This document shows, one piece after another, positions 20,788 to 30,943 of a stretch of DNA of 64,000 nucleotides. The translations under genes and the position numbers were made by a program. The stretch is from NCBI GenBank assembly GCA_963727485.1, contig CAVSGM010000004.1:23930-87929 (forward strand), in the 5' to 3' direction. Source of the stretch: an uncultured delta proteobacterium (GTDB taxonomy: Bacteria > Myxococcota > Myxococcia > SLRQ01). The number at the start of each line of letters is the position of its first letter. Position 1 is the stretch's first letter. The notes under the pieces are model-generated. The model saw only the letters and a list, made by a program, of their open reading frames with translations. It had not been told where the DNA came from and did no database searches.

Positions 20788-21590
20788 AGGTCCCCGCCGT
20801 AGAACGAGAGCGCCGCCCCCTGGGACGCGGGGCTGCCCACCAGCGTCTCGAAGACCGCCTCCAGGGTCCCGGCCCCGTGCCGGGCGAGGAGCGATGGGAC
20901 CTCGCCAGCGTCGAGCATCTTCCCGGCGTCGATGATCCCCGCGTGGGTGGCGTGGCGGTCGGCGATCTCCAGGACGTGGGTGGTGAGCAGGAGCGTCACC
21001 CCCCGGCGGGCCAGCTCCCGGAGCAGCTCCCGGATGACCCCGGCGGCGATGACGTCGATGCCCTCGAAGGGCTCGTCGAGGAAGACCACCTCCGGGGCGT
21101 GGACCAGCGCCGCGGCGATGGCGAGGCGCCGGCGCATGCCCTTGGAGTACTCGGCCACCAGCGCCGTGGACCTTCGGTCGAGGTCGGTGAGGCGCAAGAG
21201 CTCCTCGGCGCGCGCGGCGGCGACCTCGCCCTCGAGGCCGTACATCCGCCCGCAGAAGGTGAGGTACTGGCGGCCGGTGAGGCGCTCGAAGAGGGCGAGC
21301 TCTTCGGGGACCACGCCGATGCGCGCCTTGACCCCCACCGGGTCCTTGGCGGCGTCGAGGCCCAGGACCTCGACGGTGCCGGCGTCGGCGCCGTAGACCC
21401 CGGTGAGCACCGAGATGGTCGTGGACTTCCCGGCGCCGTTGGGGCCGAGGAAGGCGAAGAACGCCCCCCGGGGCACCTCGAGGTCGAGGCCCGCCACGGC
21501 CTCCAGGTCCCCGAAGCGCTTGACCAGGCCCCGCACCCGGACCGCGGGCGGCGGCGTCTCGGGCGGCGGCGTCTCGGGTGGCGCGCTCAT
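20784..21590 (-). CDS. ABC transporter ATP-binding protein
   Basis: GPNGAGKST, YSKGMRRR signature, VFLDEP, TTH. Confidence 0.9.
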   Translation of the reverse strand: MSAPPETPPPETPPPAVRVRGLVKRFGDLEAVAGLDLEVPRGAFFAFLGPNGAGKSTTISVLTGVYGADAGTVEVLGLDAAKDPVGVKARIGVVPEELALFERLTGRQYLTFCGRMYGLEGEVAAARAEELLRLTDLDRRSTALVAEYSKGMRRRLAIAAALVHAPEVVFLDEPFEGIDVIAAGVIRELLRELARRGVTLLLTTHVLEIADRHATHAGIIDAGKMLDAGEVPSLLARHGAGTLEAVFETLVGSPASQGAALSFYGGDL

Positions 21591-22150
21591 CGGACGGCGA
21601 ACCTCCGGAGCACGACCCCGGCGAGCCGGGGCCAGAGCCCGGCGGGGTCGGCGGTGAGGACGGTGTCGGCGCCGCCCGGGACCACCACCCAGGCGCCCCG
21701 GCGCACCTCCCGGGCCAGGTCGCCTGGCCCCCAGGCGGCGACCCCGCGGAACCTTCGGGCGCCCGCCACGCCCCAGGCGCTGCGGCTGACGGTGAGGCCG
21801 CCGGGGACCGGGAGGGTCCGGGCCAGGGGCGTCACCGCCCGGGTCACCCACAGCTCGAGGTGGCGCGAGAGGGGCCCGCCCCAGAAGGGCAGCGGCGGGT
21901 CCACCCCGGGGGGCGGGACGTCGAGGACCAGCCCGGTGCTCCCCCCGGCGTCCCGGGAGGCGAGGAGGACCACGGTCTGGCGGAAGTCCGGGTCGCGCAC
22001 CCGGGGCGCGGCCACCAGGAGCACCCCGGGCGCCAGGGCCGGCCCCGGATCGGCGGCGCGCTCGGCGGACACCCGGAGGACGGGCACCGCGCCGAGGACG
22101 AGAAACGAGCCCGCCGAGAGGGCGAAGGCAACCAGCCACCGCACCCGCAT
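21587..22150 (-). CDS. YqgE/AlgH (DUF179)-like protein with N-terminal hydrophobic segment
   Basis: LLVAAP...DPDFRQTVVLL...G.GLVL, WGGP, AWGPG.L..E...GAW motifs. Confidence 0.7.
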   Translation of the reverse strand: MRVRWLVAFALSAGSFLVLGAVPVLRVSAERAADPGPALAPGVLLVAAPRVRDPDFRQTVVLLASRDAGGSTGLVLDVPPPGVDPPLPFWGGPLSRHLELWVTRAVTPLARTLPVPGGLTVSRSAWGVAGARRFRGVAAWGPGDLAREVRRGAWVVVPGGADTVLTADPAGLWPRLAGVVLRRFAVR

Positions 22151-22360
22151 CAGCGGCGCCCCCGGGGCCGGCGCCGGTCAGGCATCGGCGAGCTCGGCGG
22201 CGCTCGGGAGGGTCTCGAAGCGGGCCTGGTCCTCGGAGGAGACGTTGCGCATGGGCGTCGGGCCATCATAGCCGGGCCGGCCCCCGGCGCCCTCCCCGGT
22301 TTACGTTTTTGGCCCCCGCGGGGTCCTAGGGAGCGAACCCCAGACGAAGGAGCCCTCCTC

Positions 22361-23005
22361 ATGCGCCTGCCCCGACTCGCCGCCGTCCTCGTCGTCCCCG
22401 TCGCCCTCGGCCTCGCCGTGGGCCTCGCCGCTCCGGCCCGCGCCGACGCCCCACCGGTGGCCGCCGTCGCCGCCATGCCCGTCGCCGCGGCCACCGCCGC
22501 GGTGGCGCAGGGCCCCCGGGCGCGGATCCGCATGCTCCACCGCGAGCTGCGCGCCGCCACCGTGGTGGCGCGCCTCAAGCTCACCGCCGACCAGAAGGCC
22601 AAGCTCCGGGACGTCCTGGGCAAGGCCCGGGCCGAGCGCGACCAGGCCAAGCAGGACCCCGAGGTGAAGAGCGCCGAGGAGAACCTCGAGCACCTCCTCG
22701 GCCGCGCCATCGCCGAGGTCCATCAGTCGGGCAAGGTGTCCACCGACACCCAGGCCGCCCTCGCCGCCGCGCGGGTGAAGATGAAGGCCGCGGGCCGCAA
22801 GGTCGGTCAGGCGCTCAAGGGCACCCTGAAGGGGCTCAAGGGCCTGCTCACCCCCGAGCAGCGGCGGATGGTCGCCCAGGCCGCACGGATGCGCCGCGCC
22901 GAGGGCCGGCGGGGCGGTCGCGGGCCGGCGGCGCGCAAGCTGCGGCGCCGGGGCCTCGCCCACTTCCTGCTCTCCGACGCCTTCTACGCCGAGCTCGGGC
23001 GGTAG
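22361..23005 (+). CDS. secreted basic helical protein (Spy/CpxP-like)
   Basis: AAGGAG RBS, signal peptide (ARA-D), LTADQK and LTPEQR motifs. Confidence 0.6.
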   Translation: MRLPRLAAVLVVPVALGLAVGLAAPARADAPPVAAVAAMPVAAATAAVAQGPRARIRMLHRELRAATVVARLKLTADQKAKLRDVLGKARAERDQAKQDPEVKSAEENLEHLLGRAIAEVHQSGKVSTDTQAALAAARVKMKAAGRKVGQALKGTLKGLKGLLTPEQRRMVAQAARMRRAEGRRGGRGPAARKLRRRGLAHFLLSDAFYAELGR

Positions 23006-23045
23006 CACGCCGCCGGGCCCGACCACGGCCGGGCCGGAGGTGAAC

Positions 23046-23075
23046 GGGCGCCGCGCGGTGAGCTGCGCGGCGCCC
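23046..23075. terminator. GC-rich hairpin between convergent genes
   Basis: GGGCGCCGCGCGG-TGAG-CTGCGCGGCGCCC inverted repeat. Confidence 0.55.
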
Positions 23076-23089
23076 TTGGCCTCTGCCGC

Positions 23090-23569
23090 CTAGAGCGTCA
23101 GGTGCCCGCTGCGGATGAGCGCCGCGAGGTGCGACCGCTGCCCCTCGTCGAGGAGGGCGTGGATGCGCCCGAGGGCGTCCACCAGGGTCGCCTCGATGCG
23201 GGCGTTGGCGTCCTTGCGCGCCTGGGCGGCCGCCTCGGCCTTCTCCCGGTCGTAGGTGTCACCGCCGACCGCCTCGGCGAAGGCCTTGAGGGCCCGCCGC
23301 TCGTCGACGGCGAACTGGGCCCGCTCGGTCTTGATGTCGTCGAGGATGCCCGCGAAGGCGTCCACCTGGGACTCGTCGAGCTCGAGGCGGTAGGCGAGGA
23401 AGCGCAACGGGCGCCTGACGCCGAAGCCGCCTCCGGGACCGAAGCCCCCGGGGCCGTGGCCCCCGTGGTGGTGACCGGGGTGATGCTCGGCCCCGAACTC
23501 GGGGCCGCCGCAACCGTGGTGCCGGCGGTGGTGTCCCCACCGCCCCATCATGGCCGGATGCATGGCCAT
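23090..23569 (-). CDS. Spy/CpxP-like helical protein with His/Gly-rich N-terminus, no signal peptide
   Basis: AAAGGAG RBS; HHRRHH..HHPGHHHGGH; LELDESQ and LLDEGQR motifs. Confidence 0.7.
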   Translation of the reverse strand: MAMHPAMMGRWGHHRRHHGCGGPEFGAEHHPGHHHGGHGPGGFGPGGGFGVRRPLRFLAYRLELDESQVDAFAGILDDIKTERAQFAVDERRALKAFAEAVGGDTYDREKAEAAAQARKDANARIEATLVDALGRIHALLDEGQRSHLAALIRSGHLTL

Positions 23570-23665
23570 TCTCCTTTCGGCCGGGGCTGGTCGCGCCCGG
23601 CGAGGTTCACAGGGTGCGGGCCCAATGCCTCGCACCCGCACCAAGCCTGGGTCCGCCGGGGGAAA

Positions 23666-23689
23666 TGTCAACGGCCAATGGCGTTGACA
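23666..23689. promoter_or_regulatory. palindromic site TGTCAACG-N8-CGTTGACA in divergent intergenic region
   Basis: Perfect 8-bp inverted repeat giving TTGACA on both strands. Confidence 0.5.
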
Positions 23690-23748
23690 GCCTCGCGGCC
23701 CCATGTTCGATCCGGGCTCCTCCCCACCCCCACACACGGAGAAGGTGC

Positions 23749-24216
23749 ATGATCGAGATCGGCAAGAAGGCCCCGGCGCTCACCCTGCCCGACCAGGACG
23801 GCGACAAGGTCCGGCTCACCGACCTCCAGGGCAAGTGGGTCGTGGTCTACTTCTACCCCAAGGACGACACCCCGGGCTGCACCACCGAGGCCTGCGAGTT
23901 CACCGAGGGCCTCGAGGCGTTCAAGGGCCTCGACGCGATGGTCCTCGGCGTGAGCCCCGACTCCCCGGAGAGCCACCAGAAGTTCATCGCCAAGCACGAC
24001 CTCGCGGTGACCCTCCTCTCCGATCCCGACCACAAGGTCATGGCGCGCTACGACGCCTACGGCGAGAAGAACATGTACGGCCGCAAGACCATCGGCGTCA
24101 TCCGCTCCACGGTCCTGGTGGACCCCACCGGCAAGGTGGCCCACCACTGGAAGCGGGTGAAGTCCAAGGGCCACGCGGAGAAGGTGCGCGAGAAGATCGC
24201 CGAGCTCCGAGGCTGA
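23749..24216 (+). CDS. bcp: thioredoxin-dependent peroxiredoxin (Bcp/PrxQ)
   Basis: YFYPKDDTPGCTTEAC, GVSPD, LLSDPD. Confidence 0.93.
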   Translation: MIEIGKKAPALTLPDQDGDKVRLTDLQGKWVVVYFYPKDDTPGCTTEACEFTEGLEAFKGLDAMVLGVSPDSPESHQKFIAKHDLAVTLLSDPDHKVMARYDAYGEKNMYGRKTIGVIRSTVLVDPTGKVAHHWKRVKSKGHAEKVREKIAELRG

Positions 24217-24272
24217 CCGCCGCGGGCGACCGGGGTTTGCGCCACAGCGCCCGCTGCGCCACCCTGGAGCCC

Positions 24273-25163
24273 ATGGATCGCATCCGAGTCGCGTCGCTGC
24301 AGTACTTCATCCGCCCGGTGAAGACCTTCGAGGCCTTCCGGGAGCAGGTGGCCGCCCTGGTGGAGACCGCCGCCGACTACAAGAGCCGGCTGATGGTGTT
24401 CCCCGAGTACTTCACCACCCAGCTCCTCACGCATCGGGGACCTCCACCGGCCCATCGACGGGCAGATCCGCGACCTCGCCCGGCAGGTCGATCGCTTCGT
24501 GGAGCTCTTGCAGGGCCTGGCCCGCAAGCACCAGCTCTACATCGTCGCCGGCACCATCCCCGTCCTCGATCCCGAGAAGCCCGACGTGGTCTACAACCAG
24601 TCGTTCTTCTTCGGCCCCACCGGCGACCACGGGGTGCAGTCCAAGCTCCACATGACCCGCTTCGAGACCGAGGACTGGCGGGTGAGCCCCGGGGGCGCCT
24701 CCGGGTCTTCGAGACCGGGTTCGGGCGGCTGGCCATCGCCATCTGCTACGACGCCGAGTTCCCGGAGATCGCCCGGGCCGCGGCGCGCCAGGGCGCGCGG
24801 ATCCTGGTGGTCCCGAGCTGCACCGACGAGCGCCAGGGCTACCTCCGGGTGCGCTACTGCGCCCAGGCGCGGGCCATCGAGAACTGCATGTACGTCATCC
24901 AGTCCTCCACCGTGGGCTCGTTGCCCATGGTCCCGGCGGTGTCCCTCAACTACGGCCAGGCCGCCATCCTCACCCCCAGCGACTTCGCCTTCTCCCGGGA
25001 CGGGATCCTCGCCGAGGGCGTCCCCAACCAGGAGTCGATGATCATCGGCGACCTCAACCTCGAGCTCATCGACGCCGGCCGCAAGAACGGCACGGTGCTG
25101 CCGCTCCACGACAGCCAGCGCACCGACGACCTGGTCCGGGACCTCGAGGTGGTGAGCCTGTGA
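24273..25163 (+). CDS. carbon-nitrogen hydrolase (nitrilase family); two compensating frameshifts near 24432 and 24690
   Basis: FPEYF (Glu), QSKLH (Lys, alternate frame), ICYDAEFPE (Cys), ARAIEN. Confidence 0.85.
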   Translation: MDRIRVASLQYFIRPVKTFEAFREQVAALVETAADYKSRLMVFPEYFTTQLLTHRGPPPAHRRADPRPRPAGRSLRGALAGPGPQAPALHRRRHHPRPRSREARRGLQPVVLLRPHRRPRGAVQAPHDPLRDRGLAGEPRGRLRVFETGFGRLAIAICYDAEFPEIARAAARQGARILVVPSCTDERQGYLRVRYCAQARAIENCMYVIQSSTVGSLPMVPAVSLNYGQAAILTPSDFAFSRDGILAEGVPNQESMIIGDLNLELIDAGRKNGTVLPLHDSQRTDDLVRDLEVVSL

Positions 25164-25819
25164 GCGAGGTCGTCGTCCGCAAGACCCGCCCCGAGGACTT
25201 CGCGGGCATCCGCGCCATGACCCGGGAGGTCTACCCCGAGGTCCCGCCCTGGTCGGACAAGGCCCTGGAGAGCCACCTCGAGGTCTTCTCCGAGGGGCAG
25301 CTGGTCGCCGTGCAGGACGACGAGGTGGTGGGCATGGCCGCCAGCCTCGTCGTCACCTGGGACGAGTACGAGATCGAGCAGAGCTGGCGCGACTTCACCG
25401 ACGGCGGCTTCTTCACCAACCACGACGCCACCGGCCGCACCCTCTACGGCGCCGAGGTGATGGTCCGCCCCGGGCGCCAGGGCCAGGGCATCGGCGGCAA
25501 GCTCTACGCCGCCCGCTTCGACCTCTGCCGGCGCCTGGGTCTGCTGCGCATCCGCGCCGGGGCCCGCCTCCCGGGCTACCACCTCCACGCCGACGCCATG
25601 GGCCCGGTGGGCTACGTCCGGAAGGTGGTGCGGGGCGAGCTGGGCGACCCCACCCTCTCGTTCCAGCTCCGCCACGGGTTCACGGTCATCGCCGTGGTCG
25701 GCGGCTACCTCCGCAACGATCCCGAGAGCCTGGGGCACGCGGCGATCATCGAGTGGCTCAACCCCGCGGTCGCCACCGCCGAGGACCTGGCCCGGTCCCA
25801 GCGACGGTTCCCGGTGTAG
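25160..25819 (+). CDS. GNAT family N-acetyltransferase
   Basis: GTGA-coupled start; VRPGRQGQGIG AcCoA motif; DPTLSFQL. Confidence 0.88.
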   Translation: MSEVVVRKTRPEDFAGIRAMTREVYPEVPPWSDKALESHLEVFSEGQLVAVQDDEVVGMAASLVVTWDEYEIEQSWRDFTDGGFFTNHDATGRTLYGAEVMVRPGRQGQGIGGKLYAARFDLCRRLGLLRIRAGARLPGYHLHADAMGPVGYVRKVVRGELGDPTLSFQLRHGFTVIAVVGGYLRNDPESLGHAAIIEWLNPAVATAEDLARSQRRFPV

Positions 25820-25864
25820 GCAGGACCGCCGCCGGAACACCGGCGACGGCCGCGGCGCGGGCAC

Positions 25865-26380
25865 CTACCGCTTGCGCCGCACCGCCTCGGGCGCCCCGGA
25901 GGCCGTGGCGGCCGGGCCGCCCTCCTTGCGCACCTTCCACTCCTCCCAGAGGTTCACCATCAGGGAGACGTCCTCGAGGGACAGCTCCTTCTCCAGGTGG
26001 GGGAACTCGGCGACCATGCCCTCGAAGAAGACGTGGTAGCGCTCGGGGGTGAAGTAGCGCAGGAGCCGCTCCCGGGCGTGGCTGTCCACGTCCAGGAACT
26101 CGACGCCCATCCCCGAGACCAGGGTGGCGTCCTCGAGACCCACGGTGTGGGCGATGCGCCCGTTCACCGACAGGGCCTCCCCGGGGAGGCCCAGCTCCAC
26201 CCAGAGGTTGACCTCGGGCTTGAGCAGGAAGGTGCTCTCCAGGAACACGCCCCCGAGGCCCAGGTTCTGGCTCCGGGCGAAGGCCTCGAACTTCAGGCCC
26301 TCGCCGCGCCCCTCGGGGATGTAGAGGCGGCAGGGGAGCTCAATCTCGATTCGCTCGTATCGGCGGTTTTGGTCAGGCAC
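25865..26380 (-). CDS. PilZ domain protein
   Basis: RRYERI, NLGLGGVF, GMGVEF motifs; GTG start. Confidence 0.8.
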   Translation of the reverse strand: MPDQNRRYERIEIELPCRLYIPEGRGEGLKFEAFARSQNLGLGGVFLESTFLLKPEVNLWVELGLPGEALSVNGRIAHTVGLEDATLVSGMGVEFLDVDSHARERLLRYFTPERYHVFFEGMVAEFPHLEKELSLEDVSLMVNLWEEWKVRKEGGPAATASGAPEAVRRKR

Positions 26381-26458
26381 GGTCCGTGGGGCGTAGCACT
26401 TCGCCACGAAGTCGGCAAGCGCCACACGGTCCCCGGGACCGGGTCCCGCCTCGCGCTC

Positions 26459-27178
26459 CTAGCCGGTGAACCGGGCGAGGAAGGCGGCGAGGCGCGGGTC
26501 GTCCCGGTCGCCGAAGATGGCCTCGGGGGTCCCGAGCTTCGCCAGGGTCCCGGCGTCGAGGAAGGCCACCCGGTGGGCGACGTCCCGGGCGAAGGCCATC
26601 TCGTGGGTGACCACGACCATGGTCATGCCCTGCTCCGCCAGGTCCTTCATCGCCGCGAGCACCTCGCCCACCGTCTCGGGATCGAGGGCGCTGGTGACCT
26701 CGTCGAAGAGCATCACCCTGGGCGCCATGGCCAGCGCCCGGGCGATGGCCACCCGCTGCTGCTGCCCCCCGGAGAGCTGGGCCGGGTAGTGGTCGGCGCG
26801 GTCGGCGAGGCCCACCCGGTCGAGGAGCTCGGTGGCCCGGCGCCGGGCCTCGCCGGCGCCCGTCTCGAGGACGTGCCGCGGGCCCTCCATGACGTTCTCG
26901 AGGGCGGTGCGGTGGGGGAAGAGGTTGAAGTGCTGGAACACCATCCCCGCCCGCCGGCGGATCGCCCGGGCGGTCTTGGGGGTGAGCGTGGTCCCGTCGA
27001 CGGTCACGGTGCCGGCGTCGGGCCAGGTCAGCCCGTTGATGCACCGCAGCAGGGTGCTCTTCCCGGACCCGGAGGGGCCGATGAGGGCCAGGACCTCCCC
27101 GGCGCCGACCTCGAGGTCGATGCCCCGGAGGACCTGGGTGTCCCCGAAGGCCTTGTGGATGCCCGCAAGCGGAATCAC
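26459..27178 (-). CDS. polar amino acid ABC transporter ATP-binding protein
   Basis: [44 protein letters not shown]. Confidence 0.92.
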   Translation of the reverse strand: MIPLAGIHKAFGDTQVLRGIDLEVGAGEVLALIGPSGSGKSTLLRCINGLTWPDAGTVTVDGTTLTPKTARAIRRRAGMVFQHFNLFPHRTALENVMEGPRHVLETGAGEARRRATELLDRVGLADRADHYPAQLSGGQQQRVAIARALAMAPRVMLFDEVTSALDPETVGEVLAAMKDLAEQGMTMVVVTHEMAFARDVAHRVAFLDAGTLAKLGTPEAIFGDRDDPRLAAFLARFTG

Positions 27179-27840
27179 GTCGCCGCCTGCCCCTTGGAGA
27201 GCCGCCGCTCCAGGAAGTCCGCGAGCTTGAGCAGCGGGTAGGTGAGCACGAAGTAGAGGACCGCGGCGGCGGTGTAGAGCTCCACCGCCCGGTAGCTGGC
27301 GCCGATGAGGGTCTGGGCCTGGCGGGTGAGCTCGACCACGGTGATGGTCGAGACCAGGGAGGTGTCCTTGAGCAGCGCCACGAAGGAGCCGGTGAGCGGC
27401 GGGATGGCGATGCGGTAGGCCTGGGGGAGGATGACCCGGCGCAGGGTCATCAACGGGCCCATGCCCAGGGCCTTGGCCGCCTCCCACTGGCCCGGGTCCA
27501 CCGAGACGATCCCCGAGCGGAGGATCTCGGCCATGTAGGCGGCGCCGTTGAGGCCGAGGCCGAGGATGCCCGCGGTCATCGGCGAGATGTCGAGGCCGAG
27601 CTGGGGCGCCCCGAAGTAGAGGGCGAAGAGCTGGATGAGCAGGGGCGTGCCCCGGACGAAGTCGATGTAGGCCCCGGCAATCCACCGGAGGGGACGCACG
27701 GGCGAGAGGCGGAGGAAGGCCAGCACCTGGCCGAGCGACAGGGAGATGGCGGTCCCCGCCAGGGTCAGGATGACGGTGACCCACAGGCCCTTGAGGAGCA
27801 GCGGCAGGTCCCGGATGGCGACGCTGAAGTCGAGGTTCAC
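27175..27840 (-). CDS. polar amino acid ABC transporter permease
   Basis: [37 protein letters not shown]. Confidence 0.92.
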   Translation of the reverse strand: MNLDFSVAIRDLPLLLKGLWVTVILTLAGTAISLSLGQVLAFLRLSPVRPLRWIAGAYIDFVRGTPLLIQLFALYFGAPQLGLDISPMTAGILGLGLNGAAYMAEILRSGIVSVDPGQWEAAKALGMGPLMTLRRVILPQAYRIAIPPLTGSFVALLKDTSLVSTITVVELTRQAQTLIGASYRAVELYTAAAVLYFVLTYPLLKLADFLERRLSKGQAAT

Positions 27841-27847
27841 GCCGCCG

Positions 27848-28777
27848 TCACTTCCCCTCGCCCGCCGCCTTCGCCGGGGCCTTGTCGGGAGCCGCGGCCT
27901 TGGCCGGGGCCTTGTCGGGAGCCGCGGCCTTGGCCGGGGCCTTCGCCGGCGCCTTCTTCGCCGGCGTCCCCGGGGCCACCGAGACGTCCCGGCCGAACCA
28001 CTTCTCCGAGATCCGGTGGTAGGTCCCGTCCCGGCGCATCCGGGCCAGGGCCGCGTTCACCGCCGCCTCGAGCTTCGGCTGCCCCTGCTGCATGGCGATG
28101 CCCATGTGCTCGGTGTACAGCGGCGCCCCGACGAGCTTCAGGTCCAGGTGACGCTTCTTCGCCGCCCACAGCCCCACCAGCCGGTCGGTGACGAAGGCGT
28201 CGAGGCGGTGGGCCTGGAGGTCCACCAGGATCTCCGGGATCCCCGAGTAGGTCCGGACCTCCCCGACCTCCTGGTGCTTGCGCAGGGCCTGCTCGTAGGT
28301 GGTCCCCAGGTTCACGCCCACGGTCGCCCCGTCGAGGTTGCCCTGTTTGGCGACCTTGCTCCCGGCCAGCGCGAAGACCTGGGCCCCGCTCACGTAGTAG
28401 GGATCCGAGAAGTCCACGGCCTGCTCGCGCTTGGGGGTGATGGCCATGGACCCGATGATGAGGTCGTAGCGCCCGGCGGTGAGCCCGGCGATGATCCCCG
28501 ACCACTTGAGGGTGATGAGCTTGGGCTTCACCCCCAGATGCGTCGCCACCGCCCGGGTGACGTCGACGTCGAAGCCGGTGAGCTGGTTGTCGTCATCGTA
28601 GAAGTTGAAGGGCGGGTACATGCCGGTCATGGCCACCCGGACCACGCCCCGGGCCTTCACCGCGGCGAGGCCCTTGGTGGAGCCGGAGGGCCCGTGGCCC
28701 TTGCCGTGGCAGCCGGCGAGGCCGACGAGGAGCGCGACGACGGCGAGCGCGATCTTTCGGGTCCGCATGGTGGCCAT
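27848..28777 (-). CDS. polar amino acid ABC transporter substrate-binding lipoprotein with Lys/Ala/Pro-rich tail
   Basis: LAGC lipobox; YPPF, GFDVD, FSDPYY, KWFG; KAPAKAAAPD repeats. Confidence 0.9.
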   Translation of the reverse strand: MATMRTRKIALAVVALLVGLAGCHGKGHGPSGSTKGLAAVKARGVVRVAMTGMYPPFNFYDDDNQLTGFDVDVTRAVATHLGVKPKLITLKWSGIIAGLTAGRYDLIIGSMAITPKREQAVDFSDPYYVSGAQVFALAGSKVAKQGNLDGATVGVNLGTTYEQALRKHQEVGEVRTYSGIPEILVDLQAHRLDAFVTDRLVGLWAAKKRHLDLKLVGAPLYTEHMGIAMQQGQPKLEAAVNAALARMRRDGTYHRISEKWFGRDVSVAPGTPAKKAPAKAPAKAAAPDKAPAKAAAPDKAPAKAAGEGK

Positions 28778-28849
28778 GGGTTAACGGACGGAGGCGCCGG
28801 GTGCAACCCGACGGCCCCGACGGCGGGACGATCACCGCCCGGGCCTGGG

Positions 28850-30943
28850 AGAGCCGGGGCCCGCTCGTCCCGGTGGTGCGAACGCCGGCCGCGGCGCGCG
28901 AGCAGCCGGGGAGGCCACGCGACCCTCTGCTCGCCGAGCTCGACGCCGGTGACCCGGGCACGCGGGGGCCCGATGACCGGGAGCACGAACCAGGCCTTGC
29001 CCGCGAGGCGCCGACGGTCTCGCAACGAGGCGTCCGGCGGAACGCGCTTCTCCACCTGGCCGGTCGCCGTGTCGAAGGCCACGCGCAAGGGTACCGGCGG
29101 TCGCACGGAGTGGACGTAGACCGCCCAGCGATCGCGGTGGGAGGTCGCGGGACTGCGGCGATGCCGAGAATCTGCATCCGTCGAGCGCAGGGACAGGGGC
29201 ATGACCGCGCGCGGCAGCGGTGCCGGCCGCGCAGGCACCTCGAGATTAGTAGGCGCGGAGCCAGGCATCGGCCGGCACCCCGGGAACGGGCGCGAAGGGC
29301 TCGGCAGCAGGTGACAGGAGATACGGATGAAACCCGCGTGAGATGGCTCTGCGGACGTCAGGCGGGCGCTGCCAGGTGTACCGGCCGCTCCAGAAGATTG
29401 AGCCGAGCCACTCGAACGCCTGGTCGGCGTCGCATCGACATCGAGAAACACGACGCTGTTCGCCGGGGTGGCGGCGGCCAGCGCGCGCCCGACCTCCTGG
29501 GTATGGCTGCGGGCCGCCCGATCGCGATTCGCCTCCACCTCCGCACCTCGCGCCCGCAGCGTCTCCCCCCCACCGACGAGGACGAGGGCACCCGCCGCCA
29601 CCACGGCGCAGGCCAGCTCGATCATACGGCGCTTCCGGAGCCGGCGAATCGGCAGGGCGACGAGCACGCCGACGAGCGCGAGCGCGAGCCCCAAAGCGAG
29701 CGCGGGGTGTGCCCGCGTCTCCGGGAGAAAGCGCGGGACCGCCTCTCGGAAGAGACCGAGCTCGGGGAGCAGGTGGGTGAAGGGCTTCACGCACAGGGCC
29801 CCGACCAGCGCCGCGGCCAGCGGCGCCGTGGTGAACGCGTCACTCGCCGAGATCGCCAGAACCGCGAACACTGCAGGGACCGTGGCCCAGTCCACCGCTG
29901 GCACCTTGACGCGCGCGATCGAGAGGACGATCGAGCTCGCCCACAGCCAGAGGGTGAGCGCCACCACCGCCGGCTCGCGACGCCGCCACGCCCGCACGCT
30001 CGACCAGATGGCGGCCACCACCGGCACCGCCGCCGGGATGGGCGAGAGCTCCGCGCGTGGTTGGCGTTGAAGATGCGGTCGATTGGCCGGGATCCAGTTC
30101 TCGATGCCGACGCCCGTCAAGTGGTGCAGGCTGTGCTTCGACTCCCAGGCGAACACCGCCGGCCACGCGTGCGCCGCATGGAGGTTCCACGGGAGCGCCA
30201 CGGCGACCAGCCCTCCGAAGAACGCCGCGAGGGCCGCGCCCGAAGGCCCCTTCGTCCATCGCCATCGCGCCAGCGCCCAGAGCGTCAGCGCCACCCCGGC
30301 CGGCGCGAGCGCGAGCCCACTCTTGGTGAGGAAGCCCGCCCCCGTCATGGCACCGGCGGCCACCGCCAGCCACGACGACTCCTCCTCGATGGACGTGACG
30401 AGCAGCAGCATGGCGACCGCCACCGCCCCCCCGAGGAGGCAATCGGTGGCGTCGCCGAACTGGTAGCCCTGCACCAGGGTCCATCCGAACGGGAGCGCGA
30501 GGAACGAGAGCGCCGCCAGCAGGGCGGCCAAGCGCCCGGCTGCCCGACGCGCGAGCAGGAAGAGCCCGAGCGCCGCCGCGATCTCCTCCGAGCAGGGACA
30601 CCAGCCGCAGGTCGACCGGAGACACGCCCGTCATGTGCATCGCGAGCGCCGCCAGCCAGAACGGAAGGGGCGGCTTGTGGAGCCACGGTCCCGAGTGCAG
30701 CCAGTCGCCCGGCCGCTCGGGATACAGCGCGTGGGCGTAGACGTGCGGTTCCAGAAACGTCTCGTAGGTCCCGCGCGCCGCCGCCTGGTGCACCGACTCG
30801 TCCCAGTTGAAGATGAACGGATGCGCGAGGCCCGGTGCGAGGAGCGCAATCCACGCGGCGACGATCAGAGCGGCGCAGATGCGTCGCGCCAGCGTCGCGG
30901 CTCTGCCGTCCGGCGCGTCGAGCCCTCGCTCATGCGGCGGCAA
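28850..30943 (-). CDS. ArnT/PMT-like (GT-C fold) membrane glycosyltransferase, multiply frameshifted; 3' end approximate
   Basis: NWDESVH, HKPPLPFW, GFLTKS motifs and many TM segments distributed over several frames. Confidence 0.7.

Noticed and set aside
24420..24700. Programmed frameshifting in nitrilase (also PKD, istA, istB, adhesin)
   Set aside because: Shifts are scattered across unrelated genes, often near G/C runs, without slippery heptamer plus stimulator; sequencing error is more parsimonious
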